Part shown: positions 20,129 to 34,707 of the stretch, one piece after another
Layout of the letters: each line of letters begins with the position of its first letter
Position numbering within the stretch: the first letter of the stretch is position 1
Translations under genes and position numbers: made by a program
Assembly (NCBI RefSeq): GCF_902459465.1
Contig: NC_047068.1
Coordinates: forward strand, 5,828,001 to 5,892,000
Length of the DNA: 64,000 nucleotides
Direction of reading: 5' to 3'
DNA from: Asterias rubens
Taxonomy: Eukaryota
Notes under the pieces: generated by a model
Database searches by the model: none
What the model was told of the DNA's origin: nothing
The model's input: only the letters and a program-made list of their open reading frames with translations

Positions 20129-23100
20129 CTAGATAGATTCATAACCTTCTCGGAACTTCCTGCTTGCTGTCCACTCTACCATAGCAAAGCTGAGCGTACC
20201 CAACACGGAGAAGACCACCAGGATTAACAGCTGCCATTGGAGCATCAGTTGATTGGCGTAAAAAAAGGCAATCGCTGCAGCAAGTGACTGTAACAGATTA
20301 AGCACAAATCCTTCATATAATACTGGTTGAATTTTTAATAGAACAGCCTAAAACAAAAATTTCAAAGAAAATAATGATCCCTTATTTCTAAAATTTAAGT
20401 TCGACCATTTGGAGCACAAAGGATTTTGGGTGAAATCCAGGTGCAAGCAATACATTACCAGCAACCATCATGGTGCGCTGATTTTTAAACGAATTTGGTA
20501 CATGCTATAAAACCTGGCATAGTTGCATGTAAATTACAGCATGGCATCAATGTTTGCAGCTTGATTTCCACCATGCAAAGTTTCAAATCCTACTTAGCTT
20601 GATTTAACTTGGGATTGAACTCAGTTTGACATTAAATCTTTTTTTTTTGAGATGGCGCTTGTGCATGTGGCTATAAACTCTGTCTCGAGCCAATATGGCT
20701 CATCAGGCCAGTGACTATATCCGGTTCCCCTGGCATTAAATGACTAAGAGTGATTCTATTCCCCCTTGACAGGACGCCAATCCATCACATGTTACTCCCC
20801 AGCACTCACAGGTACCCATTTGTGCTCCTTAGTGGAGAGCAGCAATCATGATAAAGTGCATTGCTCATGTGCACAAGAACCCTCACTGACCATGCCAGAA
20901 CCCACATTATGCAAACAACAAAACTTGAACCCACCTTTCCTAGACCGCTCATGACAACCCACCTAAGACTAAGGCTTTGACTTTTGTGTCTCGATTCCAA
21001 CAATGAAATAGCAAGAATAGCTACTAGAGGCTGGTTTTATGATAACGGTCTTGAACCTAGAACTCACCTGTGTAAACTTAAAGAGTGCAAAGGCAGGGGA
21101 GCTGTCTTTGGAGAAGAGATATCCCAGGATGGAATACACTTGAGTGTTAAAGCAACTATCACCAAAGCCTAGAAGGAAAGCTGTGACTAGTGCCAGGGCC
21201 AGTCTACATGGGAGAGAGAGAGAGACAGACGTTAAACATCAGGACATGCAGGATGGATATTACTTGGTTTACCCTGACATTGTACTCAGTACTTTCCAGA
21301 GTGCTCTAAAGAAATCCATAGGCAAATTACTCGGGTGTAATAAAACCTCAAGACCTTTACCTTTCTGGAACAGATGTCTTGCCACTAGACCACTCTAAAA
21401 CTTGGTTATGTGATGTGATCCTGACCTAACTGTGTGTAAAATTATATGACCTCAACCCAATTACTTGAAATAATTGTTGGCATAAAAACTTACTTGGTAA
21501 CAAGCAATGGAGAACCGTTGATAGCATAAAACATTGTGAGAAACAGCTCCCTCTGAAGTAACATAGTTTATGAGAAAGAAATAACTTCTTACTCTAAATA
21601 ATACTAAAGGCCTGAAACCTTTTATTAGGCAACTGAAAGCACACAAAGATCAATTAAGTCCAAATTTTCTCAGGTTTGTTATGTTATACATCTATGTTGG
21701 GATACACCAAGTAAGAATACTGGTCTTTGACAATCAAAAATTGTAATATCACATATGAAGCACTTACTTTGGAGGAAAATAACCTTGTACATCAACATCT
21801 TTGATAGGTGCCTCGGAGGGTAGGTTGATAAAACAAAAATAGAAAGCTATGATATGAGTGATGAAGCCTAGGAGTACAATGGGATCACGACCGAACTTAT
21901 TGGTTCGGTTCCCCAACAATCCAAAGGTAGCTCCACCTAGAAAATAAACAATGACAAGACACGGTTTAAAAACCCTTCTAGTTATTTCTCAGGGAGTTAC
22001 ACCAGGGGTGAAAGTCATTACTAGCGAAAAAGTCTCAAACTTGGAAAGACACTCAAAGGTATGTTGAAATGATGCCATTTCTACCGTTTGGTAACCCCTG
22101 GGGTTATAGATTCCAATACTTTTGGAAACAGTATCCAAAGCACTAGAGAAGTAGACAAATGAGCAGGATTTCTTTTTGTGGAAAAAAATATTGTCTAATT
22201 TTCTTCAGCAGGCCGACATAAAAAGTATGAATTCAGCCAAAAGTCTGAACAATCTCATCCCTGTTTAACATTTGTCAAATGATACAACAGTACATGTTGT
22301 CAATAAAAAAACATTCAGCATTTGGTTTGACCCATACACCAATGTGTGAAGAGCACTGTATACTCAGTACTTAGTGGGATTTGAACCCAAGAATTTGTTG
22401 CCTTTCTACCCACTGCTAAAATAGGATTCAAACTACCTCTAGTTACCAGGCAATTTGGATGGTCTGTTGGTAAGACTTATGCTCTAGAATGGAAAAGGCC
22501 GTTCGTTTGAATTCCACCCAAGTATAATTCAGACCTGTAGTATTATCTTTCAGAGGGCAATTTAACTGTCTGCAAAGGGCACTTCTATGGGAAAATCTCA
22601 AAGTCTATGGGAAGCGATTGAACAGCCTGCACAGAAGTCAAGGCCTGTGCATGTGAATTGTTTTCAAATGACCGGGAAATTGTTGAATCAACAGTGCTTT
22701 AACACAAATTGGTGTATGCTGAAAGAAGGTTGCGGCATCCCTTCAGCGATGCAAAATCAACCCTGCACGGGCCAGCCACACAACCCAAGAGAAGTGGAGG
22801 GTGGTTGTTGCATCAACGGGTAGTAGCCTATGACATTTTGGAAAAGAAACATTCAATAAAAATGAACATTCACTGATAAATTAAACATAAAAGAAAACAG
22901 AAGTTTTTAGATAGCTTGCTACATACCAAATATCTCTCCACATCCAATGAAAATTCCACACAGGGCAACGTAACTCTTAGACTTCAGCCCAAACAGGTGG
23001 GTATTGCCAACACTTGTACCGTAAACACCGCTAAAAAATGTCAGCTCAAGACCTGAAACACAAAAGAAAAAAAGAGGGACATTTCTTAAATTAAGCTTTG

Positions 23101-26100
23101 ATAAGATGATATGTTTTGTGTCAAGTAGCATTTGTTTGGCCAGACTATCTAGCTCTTTCAGGAACTGCTTGCCATGACAACTATAATAAATGCAATCACT
23201 GGTGATGTGGGCAGCAGTTTGGAGGGCAGCTCCACTCTCACAAGCTGGACGAGCAATGAATACTATCTGAAACATGTTTGCCCTGAATCGACCATGACCA
23301 GTATGGCATCTGTTAAATCGGCACTAAGCTGCATTAAATATCTTTATACTAATTCAAAACAAACTGACTAAAAAACCAACATGTGCACACCAATTTTTGA
23401 AGATGGAAAACTTGTATCGAGCGGTACCCGCTGCAGAGTATTTGAACTGCGTCTAGCTACCAGTCAATCTCGATGGCCTAGTTGGTAAGACACCATTCTA
23501 GAATTGCAAGTGTTGACGGTTCGAATCTCACAGTTTTTTTTAATAACAAGGGAATCAATGTGTGGTGAAGAGGTTTTCAACTAGTGGTTTAATCCCAACG
23601 AGGCCTGGTTCTTGATAATTTTACCGAGAAATGGTAAAGCCCTCCGCCGCCCTCGGGTAAACAACTCCTTATAAGGGAATGCTGTGTGCGTCGCGCGTAT
23701 CGCGTGATGTGGCACAACTGTTTCAGCCGTTGCTCTCGTCCAATAGAAATGAAGAAACTGTCTTAAAAGAACAGGTGTAAGGTTGCGTGTCACGCCCATA
23801 AATTAACACTTTTTACCGGTCATAAACAAAGGTTTATACACACCCACGTGACGCGGTCTCCACCAATAGGAATAGCGAAACTGTCTGAGGTATTAATGAA
23901 TCAAAAAATAAAGTCTTACCAGTGTAGAAGAAGCATACCATTAACAGAAGCATGTGCGGCTTTTTAAGAAGTTTAAATGCGCTGACTGAAAGAAATTACA
24001 AATCAAATATTAAAATATCATTTTATTTGCTTGATGAATGTAATTCTTAATATGCTATGATGAAATTTCCTGGGTAGAATGTTATGTACGAACTGTTTCT
24101 CTGATAATAAAATGTTATTCTCTCCAAAAAACCATAAGCCATGTGAGTTTATTAAAGCCATTATACACTTTCGGTACAGAAAAAAAGAAAAATCACAGAT
24201 TTACAAATAATTTTCAGGGTTTACAGAAGGTATAATAGTGAAAGACTTCTCTTAAAATATTATTCCATGAAATGCTTTACTTTTTGAGAAAACATTAAAA
24301 CAATATCAATTCTCGATAGCGAGAATTACGGATTTATTTTAAACACATGTCATGACATGGCGAAACGTGCGGAAACAAGAGTGGGCTTTACCAGTATTTT
24401 CTCCCCACTCCGAAGACCGATTGAGCCTAATTTTTGACAGGTTTGTTATTTTATATATAAGTTGTGATACACGAAGTGTGCGACTTGGACAATACTGTTT
24501 ATCGAAAGCGTATAATGGCTTTAAACAGGGTATTTCAACAAAAACAAGGTCATAGGTATTTAATTTTTACCAAATCAATCCTCAGCTGTTCCGCATGAGT
24601 AAATACTACCTAATTACTTTTATTTAATTTTAATTGTCTTGTGCACAAAAGTGAAGAGGTTAAAACAAAATCAGACACCGAAGTAGGGAAGAAGATGTAA
24701 GTGCTTTGTTGCTCACAAACTTTCAATGATGTGACATGACAGAATGACAAGTTTAGGTATTAACATAATGGTCATCTCTGTACATTCCCCCATTTATGCA
24801 CTGTATTTAGCACAACATGGTTTGTCCATAGTAGGGCCTACACACCACAACAGAGATCCTTTTCGGTAACAGAGTACCATCGTACTAAAAGTGTCTCTCC
24901 AGTGCTTCAAGGGTTCCGCCAAGATTTCCCAAACGTTCGCTCAACACGAATAACAGTTTAAAAAGTGTTAGGAAATAGGGGCCTACCAGGCTACTCTGGT
25001 ACAAGTCAAAATCTGAACAAAAAAACGATCTGGACGACCAATGACTGGTCGATCTGCAGCAAACATCCAATGTTGCATTCCTCATGATGATTTCCATTTG
25101 GCCTGCGTCCAGGAGGACTAAGGGTTCATCTAATTTCCTAGCAAATTTGTGAGCAACAAAGCACATCTCTTCTTCCCTACTTCGGCTTTTATTCAGTTCC
25201 AACTCTTTCACTTTTGAGCGCAAGCCAATTAAAGTCAGATAAAAGTAATTAGCTAGTGTTCACTGCTGTGGAAAAGCTGAGGATTTATTTGGTAGAAATT
25301 AAAAAGCTAGGGCCTTGGACCATTACTTAGAGTCATATTTTTATAAACTCATAAAAATCCTCTCGGGATACATTTTTCTATGTACTTTGTTTTAATCACC
25401 CTGTAGTAGGTATACTACAGAGGTCTCTGATGCATTTTGGAAGAGTTTTTTTGCCATTTGATGTTGAGGTTTTTATTAAATAATTTAAGTATGGCATTTT
25501 TTACACATAATATTTACCAGAGTATAAAAATAAAAAAATGAAATAAATTAATAATAAAAATAAACAATTCTGAACATATCGATGAACTATTTAAAAATGG
25601 CAGGTGACTAGAAATATAACATTTTAACAAGGGGGGGGGGGGGGGCTAAGTTACTCACTTAATGCCTCAAGAGGACCTCGTTTGACTTCAGCATCTTGGC
25701 TGTAACAAAATGATGACAAGGAATGGTTAAAACAATACACTACAAAAACGTTTTATATACCGCCATTTCATCAAGACCACAGCAGTTTGTGATGAAACAG
25801 AGAAACAAAAATAACGATGATACAAAATGCAAGTTAAAATAAAACAGCCAAACAATTATTGTGGGAACAGGTGTGGTTTCAGATGCTTTTTGAAAGTATG
25901 AAGTGAATCAGCAGAGCGCAGAGATGGGGGAGACTATTCCAAAGTTTAGGGGCGGCAAAAGAGAAGGATTTTTTCAGCAGCTGAAGCGAGAGATCTGTGA
26001 GTTGTTAAACAATCAAGTTACTGGTATCTTATCACTAAACGCCAAACCGCATAAACCTCACTTAATTGAATCTCTTGCCACTATCTTTGATTCTAAAGTC

Positions 26101-29100
26101 ATGAAAGTTACATTTCTTGAGATAAGCAGCCTAGTGTTAAGTGACTTTGCTCTAATACTTTTCATTCTTCTTAGTCAGCTTGACATTGATTATGTCAGTC
26201 AAACAATTAAATCAACCTAAACAAGGTATTAACATAAACCCTTACAAAAGTCCTTCACACCATATTCCAAATCATTCAACCTAAACAAGGTATTAACATA
26301 AACCCTTACAAAAGTCCTTCACACCATATTCCAAATCATTCCAAGTCTGCACATTAGGCACACAGCCAGGTGACACATGTTTTCGGTCCATAACACAAAT
26401 GTAAATTAGTTGATTATAGATGCAATAAATCTGCATAAATCTGTACGTATACCACCAAATTAAGTGTATTTACAGCCCTAATTAATTGGTTACACCAAAT
26501 AATAATAACAATTAACACAAACATTTGTACAGCGCTTTCCACCGGCGTTTCAAAGCACTTTAACATTCTGAAAAGATAGATGTACTTTTAACTGAGACTT
26601 GAATGGGCTGATCAAAGATGAGTCATGGATGTATAGAGGGATGGGGCTTGAAATTAACACTGGACCGCAGACCCAAAGTCCAGCAGTCTTGCCTTTCCAA
26701 ATTATAACAACTCACTATATTTTCTATTTTACAGAGAAATGCAAAGTGTTATCCATGAGAAACATTTTAGTGCCTATTCCAAAAACAGTTCAAAGTGGAA
26801 ACTGTGTAGATAGTGTTCTTCTCACTATTAATCCGGTCTTGTAACAAATTCTCTGGTCCGGTAATCATTCTGAGCTACAAGCCTCTGTTATCATACGTGG
26901 CTTTCCCCTAAATTCAAGCCCCTGAGGGAGATGCCTCTTATACCATCCAAGTACCTGACAATCAATCTTGAAGCTATTACCAACCTGACAACTTGGATGT
27001 CTTGGTTCGAGTTATCCTGATGTTGTTTTGGATTACGAAGCAGTAGAAACATAAGCACACCGATACCAGACACTGATGTCAACACAATGAAGATGGTTTG
27101 CCGCTGAAGTGCTGAAACAAAATCAAAACAATTTCGTCACTTTAGGCAACTAAATAATTATTGAAAATCCAAGTAATAAACCACAAGGGAAACTGACTGG
27201 GTAAACTTTGATTAATTCTGGGTTTGCCGCTGAGATTCATAAACAAAAAAGGACACTCATTTTATCACTTTAGGCAACTGAATGAAGGCCCTGTCACACA
27301 GGCCTCTATAACGAGAATGAAAATGAGAACGTTAACAATGCACGCTCTCGATTGGTTGAATGAGCGTGCTTGATTCTGCGAGGAGCAATTCAATTATTAA
27401 AAAGAATGTGTTCTCTTTGCATCGTTATCTTTATCGTTGCAGTGTGACTCGGCGTTAATAACTGAAAATCAAGTATAAACCACAAGGGAAACTGACTGGG
27501 TAAACCTTGATTAATTCTCGGGATCAACAAAGAAAATATTTAATACAGTGGAATTTGAACCTGCAAACTCAACAACTATAAGACCCATGTTGGTGGTCTC
27601 CTTATTTTGTAAATTTCTTTGTTCAAGGGTGCCAATCAGAAGCCATTGACCTGTAGCTGCTGAGATCACACCAAAGTTAACATAATAACTTGGAAAGTGG
27701 CAGCAAAGGGTTCACCTAACAGGAGTGCAAATTTTTACTTTAAATATCAAGCTAAACCACAAGGGAAACTGATTGGGTTTTTAAAATAATTTATTTGTTG
27801 AACTGAGGAAGAATTATCAATAGCAATTAGCTAGCACTTTACCAAAAGAGCCAATTGGCCACAATATCAGAAAAAAGAAACACCAGTCTTTTTTTTGTAG
27901 TATTTTCCTTGGTGTACTTTCAAATGTTCAATTTTAAATGCAGAATCTAGTTAAACATGCATCCCTACTGCACGGACCCTACATTGTACCTTCACCCTTG
28001 AGGAAATTAGGACATCTTACCTTCTATGTGTGTTGTATTTGTCTGACCGATTTCAAAAAAGATGAAGAGATTTCCGAAGAGTAGACTGCACTGCAACATG
28101 GCCCAGAAGATTCCACTGTTACGACCCACAGTCTCACTGGTCGAGTTAATGGTCAGGAAGTTACCCTGAGCTGTCCAGATGCCTGTTAAACAGATTCAGA
28201 GCAACATTTGGTCAACTGTTGGTCAAGGTTTTAACAAGGTTTTTATGACAAATAAAACAGGGTGTCCAAATTGTAAACAGGATGTCCAGTACACAGACAT
28301 CCCTTTGCCTTAATACACTCTGCATGCTGTTGAGGTGCAATTTTGGGCGGGGATGCAAACTGTATCAATTTTGTCAAATGCAAGCTTTTTCAAAAACAGT
28401 TTTTGTTTCAAAACAACAACAGAATCCCCAACCCCTCTCCCTGTACTACATCCTTACTCACATACAACTGCGAATCCCCTTCTCTACCCCCAACCCAACA
28501 GTCACATAAATCAATCAATCAATCAATCAATAATCAAAAGTTTGCTTAAAGGCATTGAGGCACAGTTAAAAAGACAGTAAGCCTACTGGGACAGGTGAGA
28601 CTTATTTATGGACTGTCTTGAATGTTATAAGTGAGCTGGCATTTCTTATTAAACTTGTACAGGAAGCTTGTTCCACATTTTGGGGCCATACAGAAAATGA
28701 TCTCTTTGCAAAAGTTGAAGAGCAAATTCTTGGCAAAACAAAAGGGAGCAACTAGACATACGAAGATGTCTTCGTTGAAAACTCAAAACACAAATCCCCT
28801 TCTCCATCTACCCCCTTACATTTAATTTTGCAAACTAGTTACTACTCACATGCTGCAGCAAATCCCAGAAACACTGACATCATATACAAACTCCATATTT
28901 TGAGTTGAAGGAAGATAGCAATGAACCCAGTGTAGACCACAGCGCTAACAAGCATCGTAACTCGAGGTCCTATCAAGCTAACAACAGATGGTGCTAACCA
29001 GTTGGAGAAAGCAAAGACCCCATAGATGATGGCTTGGCTGTAATAACCACTCCCACCAAAATGTTCCGAAGGATTGTCATAATCAATGCTCTCAATCACC

Positions 29101-30149
29101 GTTTGCTACAGGAGGAAAATTATGGAAAAAGTTAATGATCTGTGCCAGTGAATTACAAAAGACTTAAAATCAACACGCTTCCAACTATTTACTTCACTTC
29201 AAAGCAAACTGAATCAAATGAGATTGATTTCTTCTTGTCCTTGCGTTCCATTTATTTTCTAATTCTGGAGGGTTGCTCCAGTTGGAGCTTATCAATTAAA
29301 TCTCATCAATCAAGATCCTCCCCCAAAAGTGTGTTCTTTTCTGTTTAAACTTTAATCAATATAAAGGAACACGTTGCCTTGGATCGGTCGAGTTGGTCTT
29401 GTGAAAAGCGTTTGTAACCGTTTGTTATAAAATGCATATTGTTAGAAAGAGGTTTTAAAAGTAGAATACAAAAATCCACACAAACATGCCTCGAAATTGC
29501 ACGGTTTTCCTTTTACCTCGTCGACTAACACGGTCAGTACTACCTAGTGTAGTACTAGTAGTCTAGGTAGTACTATCTAGTGTAGTACACTGTTTGATTG
29601 ACTTTGAAAACTTTAAGTTTCCCCTCATTTTTACATAAAGGGATATCTCATTCTCAGAAAATGAGGTAAATGAGTGATATATTATTTCATATCGAATGAA
29701 AAAGTGGTGGCGCCATACGGAAACTTTTCCGTGTACGTAGGGACTGTAGCCCACCTTGTTGAGCTGTAAATGGCTCCACTTTTAACATCGGTCTCATCAC
29801 TGTCGCCACTAGCGACAGTGATGAGACCGATGTTAAAAGCGAAGCCATTTACAGCTCGGCGACAGTGATGTCACCGATGTTAAAAGCGGAGGCATTTTAT
29901 TTACAGCTCAACAAGGTGGGCTAAACACAGTGTAGCCTGGGGGGTGTGTACGTCGTGTCGTGTACTGTAGTGAAAATGTAAACAACTCCCAAATTTGTTG
30001 CGTTTACTTTAGATAGATAGACTAGAGCATGGAGGAATAAATTAGAGTTTAGTCTTTACCTCTATTCCTGAACTGGTCTGGAAGGCTGTAAAGAGGAACA
30101 TAAACGAAAACCCCATCACAATCACGTTATACAGCATGACGTTCGCCAT
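20129..30149 (-). CDS. MFSD11: UNC93-like MFS protein MFSD11, 10 exons, ~443 aa
   Basis: Exons: 30149-30060 (MFLFTAFQT), 29105-28850, 28182-28021 ([12 protein letters not shown]...[14 protein letters not shown]), 27111-26985 (alternative donor at 26955 possible), 25699-25659, 23985-23920, 23052-22927 ([13 protein letters not shown]), 21936-21768 ([10 protein letters not shown]), 21203-21068 ([10 protein letters not shown]), 20287-20129 (stop). Phases are consistent; 1332 nt. Confidence 0.95.
20690..20940 (-). mobile_element. Degenerate SINE (MFSD11 intron 9)
   Basis: ggtacccattt...gtggagagcagcaat...taaagtgcattgctca...gaacccac resembles the reverse strand of a tRNA-SINE head and core. Confidence 0.5.
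21460..21735. mobile_element. MITE family A, truncated copy (a further partial copy at ~16108-16265)
   Basis: Internal family-A sequence (acttacttggtaacaagcaatggaga...gatacaccaagt...ctggtctttgacaat) without complete termini. Confidence 0.7.
22439..23533 (+). repeat. Two related tRNA-like SINE heads (22439-22520 and 23453-23533)
   Basis: Both read ctag(t/c)taccag(g/t)caat...gatgg(t/c)ct(g/a)gttggtaagac...ctagaat..., followed by a degenerate box B (gttcgaatc in the second copy). Confidence 0.5.
23548..23900. mobile_element. Dispersed repeat family E (related copies at ~14709-15119, ~33425-33880, ~58350-58860)
   Basis: Shared blocks gggaatcaatgtgtggtgaagaggttttcaactagtggttt (reverse complement at ~15075-15118) and cagtttmtcyaytcyrattggtsgaga. 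Confidence 0.6.
24152..24524. mobile_element. TTAA-flanked MITE family D
   Basis: TTAA|agccattatacactttcg ... cgaaagcgtataatggct|TTAA. Confidence 0.8.
26212..26340. repeat. 2 x 64-bp tandem duplication
   Basis: tcaacctaaacaaggtattaacataaacccttac... at 26212 and 26276. Confidence 0.9.
29747..29923. mobile_element. Second copy of the tagcccaccttgttgagct foldback MITE (MFSD11 intron 1)
   Basis: Same termini and internal palindrome as 53080-53341, with a partial duplication in the right arm. No TSD found. Confidence 0.85.
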
Positions 30150-31761
30150 TGTTCCTTCTTGTAGAGATCTGACACAACAAACTGTATTTATTTCACATTC
30201 TATTCCCCAAATTCACGTGATTTAGGCAGCGCTATCCATCTGATGAATGGTGGTTGGTGTCCTCAGGAAAAATCCCATCAATATTGCAGCTGTACGTGAA
30301 ATCTGTTGAACACCAGCGACGACGGCTTCATTAAGACTTGTTTCAGTCCGTTGTGTATTTCGGGTAAACGGCGCCCCATATCGTCGTGCGATGTTTAGGT
30401 TGATCAAGGCTGTGTAGACTACTGCGTACATGTACATGTACACTATGCGCTGGGTGTGTGCGTGAGAGTGAGGTGTGCTATTCTGCTTAGAGTCAGTCGG
30501 GGGACATTCGGGCGACTGAGGTGCTCTATGGTTTGAAGTCTACACGGCCTTGATCAAGGCTATGCGATGTTACGCACAGTGAATACGGGTGGGTTTTTAT
30601 ACAGCGGCGGTCTTTTTTCGGAGTGAATAAATCGACTGCCTTGGGCAAGGCTACTTTTACTTTGACACAAATATATTGATAAAGATGCAATATTCCAAAA
30701 AGTGCGGCGTTGCCTAAAAGTTGAGTACAAAGACTTTTGCCGGGGATAAACTATTTGTTTGACTTCACTTACTTTCCACTTTCCAAAATTTACGAATCGG
30801 GTCTGCCAAAATTCTAGAAAGGACTACTTTAAAAAAAGTAAGTTTAGGTGTTCTAGGCATAGAAAGTCACATGCCTTGCTCATCAGAGGGGGAGGGCGGG
30901 GTGGGGGGGGGGGGAGGGTACAAGCCCGTGCTTTATCTTTGTGTCTGGCGTGAAGAGTAAAACGCCCTGAAATAATTGTTATGTACTCGGCAACTTAACC
31001 ATGACTTTGCTAATGTAGTGTAGTGTTTGACTGGTATCATTGTATGACAAAGCTCGTGTTTCATGCACAGTTGCTTATTTCAAGTAATGCAATTATGGCT
31101 CTTTGATTTCAATTCAAAGTGGCACCATGGAAACCCGAAAGCGCTTTTAGATTTGCTGTAAAGAAAGAACTTTATAGCGTTGTAGCCGTCTAGTAACAAC
31201 TAACTGGAGGAAAAACAAACCTTTCCAAAATAATGTCACAAATAATAAACGGGGAGCGCGTCTATTCACAAGCGAAATTACATCATGAAAATGTGTCCGT
31301 CCAATCATGTTGCAGCCGCGGGGAGTTTCCCCACCTGAGGCTAGGTATTAATATACTGCGATTATACTAATGAATAAGGACAGGGTATGAAGTTAAAAAA
31401 AAAGCTCAAGCCGCGCCAAATTTAATTTCAATTCAATTCAGATACACATGCACTTTATTTCCATACTTTATATGCAAATGATAGGCATGTCAAGCAAAAA
31501 TAAATTTACAGTTGGGGACTGTGGAACGCTAGGTGGCTATACCCTGCAAGATATGCGAACAACATTTTTACCACACAGGCGGTGTAGGATTCTACTCTAC
31601 TCATTGACCTCTGTGCTTTCTGCTCTACTCCATATACTACTGTACAAAACCAATGATTGCTAAAACCAACGGAGGGCTAGATAGGGCGCCCTCTGCCTTG
31701 TTTGGATCATTATAATGTGTTTGCAGAATAGCATGCAGAGTTTTTATGACAAGTGTCAGAG

Positions 31762-32252
31762 AATGCTACTCAATGCTAAAGCATAGGGCCAGAATCCTAC
31801 ATAGTGCTAAAGCATAGGGCCAGAATCCTACACAGTGCTAAAGCATAGGGCCAGAAACCTACTCAATGCTAAAGCATAGGGCCAGAATCCTACACAGTGC
31901 TGAAGCATAGGGCCAGAATCCTACACAGTGCTGAAGCATAGGGCCAGAATCCTACACAGTGCTAAAGCATAGGGCCAGAATCCTACACAGTGCTAAAGCA
32001 TAGGGCCAGAATCCTACACAGTGCTAAAGCATAGGGCCAGAATCCTACACAGTGCTGAAGCATAGGGCCAGAAACCTACTCAATGCTAAAGCATAGGGCC
32101 AGAATCCTACACAGTACTTAAGCATAGGGCCAGAATCCTACACAGTGCTGAAGCATAGGGCCAGAATCCTACACAATGCTGAAGCATAGGGCCAGAATCC
32201 TACACAGTGCTGAAGCATAGGGCCAGAATCCTACACAATGCTGAAGCATAGG
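31762..32252. repeat. 31-bp minisatellite, ~15.5 copies
   Basis: Unit gct(a/g)aagcatagggccagaatcctacacagt, period 31 from 31775 to 32240. Confidence 0.97.
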
Positions 32253-33877
32253 TCAAGAATAAAGCATAAGAGGAAGAATCTTAATCAATGCAATGCAAAC
32301 TCAAGTTGACAAAATTAATTCAATTTAATATAAAACAGGTTTATTGAAAAAATCCATCGAGTTACAACACTGAGTTCCACATATTAATGTCAAATAATCG
32401 CATAAAAAACAAATTTAAAGGTTACGTTTAACCATAGAGCTATATATATTGACTAATAATAATAAACTACATTTATATAGCGCTAACTTGCTCTGTGTTT
32501 TGAAGCCACCCTGGGCACAGACATGTTCGATGTGTTGCATGACTACGAAACGATTTTAATTCACATTGGCGCGTTTTTTTTAACATTCAGCGTGTGCGCT
32601 TTCGTACGCGACTGCCCATTCGCGTCTGTGGACTACGAAAACTTTAAAAAGTCTACGTGCCTTTTAAACATGACGCAAATGACGCTCGCAGTTTGGACGC
32701 TCATCAGCAGATTGTGCGTTTACATTTGCTGCATCTTTTGGTTCGGTGACACATAGAAAATAACAAATACACTATCATGCAAATAGCCGTACAATTGGCA
32801 TACAAAATATCAAGCTTTTGTATTCGTTTGTACATAAACATTGATGCGCCCACACGGCTTCAAAACTTTATTGCCTGTATAATGGGGTGTTAGCGCTCTA
32901 GTCACATCAATATATGTATAGCTCTATGCATTTAACAGAAATCTGTAATAATAATAGAAAGTGCTTCCAACTTTGAAATTGTTTTGAACTTAAACCTTTT
33001 TCTTGTGAGAAAATTGTCTGACCAAGGTCCTATTATGGGTGAGCATTCATTGCTCACTCAAAGTATCCCAAAAACCTTTTTTGTGTGAAAATGTATTGAA
33101 CATTTTAAACAACAGTTTGTGAGAAGTAATTTGTTTGCCAAGCAAGTGTGTTTAGCAACATTTTGTTGCAATTCCATGGAAGCTAAAGATTGACAGCCAC
33201 TGTTGAACAATGGCAAAAGACCATCACTTGCTACAAACTTAAATCTCCTGCCATGTTTAATTCACATGTTCACTGCAGGGTTACAGGGCACATCGCTTGA
33301 ATGTCACATAATGCAGGTTTTTGTCACTAATTACTTTCTATTAGAGATGCATAAAAAGGTTTTGAGATGTTAATAACACAATGATACTATGAAGAGCATT
33401 GTATGGAAAAGAGATTTAAAAAGCATTCATAAATACCCCAGACAGTTTCTCTACTCCTATTGGTGGAGATCGCGTCACGTGGGGGTGTTTAAATGGTTGA
33501 TAATGACCAGTGTTTATAACTGGCTGGCTCCTGCGTATCAGACGCGCAAGATTATCACGCAGAATGCAATTCATAGCTATTAGCAACAGCGCGTAATCTA
33601 CTTCTAAGTGCGCGCACTAATCTATTTCTAAGCTTGCGCGCGTACACACAACCCACGCGCAACAGACTCTCCACAAAGGTTTCGAACAAAATATTTCAAA
33701 CCTCAAATTTTAAACGGTCAAATTTTTTAACAAAAGGGTATTTATGAATGGGAATAAAAAAGTAGCGACTCGTTCTTAACCGTCCGTTTAAACCTTGCAG
33801 GGTCGATGCTATGCGCTCAAGACCCTCGCCCGAGCCGATCACACGTAAGAAACCGTCGCTACCCTTTTATTCCCTTA

Positions 33878-34203
33878 TTAAAGGCACTGAACACTATCAG
33901 TAATTACTCAAATTAACTTGGTAACAAGTAACTGTGAGCTATTGATAGTATAAAACATCGTGAGAAATGGCTCCCTCTGAAGTAACGTAGTTTGTGAGAA
34001 AGAACAAAAATTTCTCACTCAAATATTTGACTGAATTCAAGCTCGAATTTTGCATCTGAAAGTACATAACTTGTGCAACAAGGGTGTTTTTTCCTCCATT
34101 ATACTCTCGCAACTTCAAATTTTCACAGGTTTGTTTTTTTGTGCATTATGTTGACATACACCAAGTGAGAAGACTGGTTACCAAAGGTGTCCAGTGCCTT
34201 TAA
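33878..34203. mobile_element. MITE family A copy
   Basis: TTAA|aggcactgaacact ... gtgtccagtgcct|TTAA. Confidence 0.8.
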
Positions 34204-34363
34204 AAGTTACATTGAATGTTTTTGCATGCTTTATTATTATTATTTTCAACCATGACATTTGGTCATTGTTATCAACATCCAAATAATATAAAAATGGTCT
34301 AGTAGCATGGAAACTGTTTCATGTAACATACATTAAAAATAAAGTATAATGGACTATCATTAT

Positions 34364-34707
34364 TTAAAGGCAGTGGACACTATTCGTAATTGTCAAAGAC
34401 TAGCCTTCACAGTTGGTGTATCTCAACATATGCATAAAATAACAAACCTGTGAAAATTTGAGCTCAATTGGTCATCGAACTTGCAAGATAGTAATGAAAG
34501 AAAAAAACACCCCTGTCACACTAAATCTGAGGTCTCGAAATTAAATACGTGGAAAATTACTTCTTTCTCAAAAACTAAGGCACTTCAGAGGAAGCCGTTT
34601 CTCACAATGTTTTATACTATCAACCTCTCCCCTTTACTCGTCACCAAGAAAGGTTTTATGCTAATAATTATTTTGAGTAATTATCCAATAGTGTCCACTG
34701 CCTTTAA
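34364..34707. mobile_element. MITE family A copy
   Basis: TTAA|aggcagtggacacta ... tagtgtccactgcct|TTAA. Confidence 0.85.

Noticed and set aside
24885-25223. 112-aa ORF inside an MFSD11 intron, same strand
   Set aside because: Not needed for the MFSD11 model, which is complete without it, and no recognisable domain.
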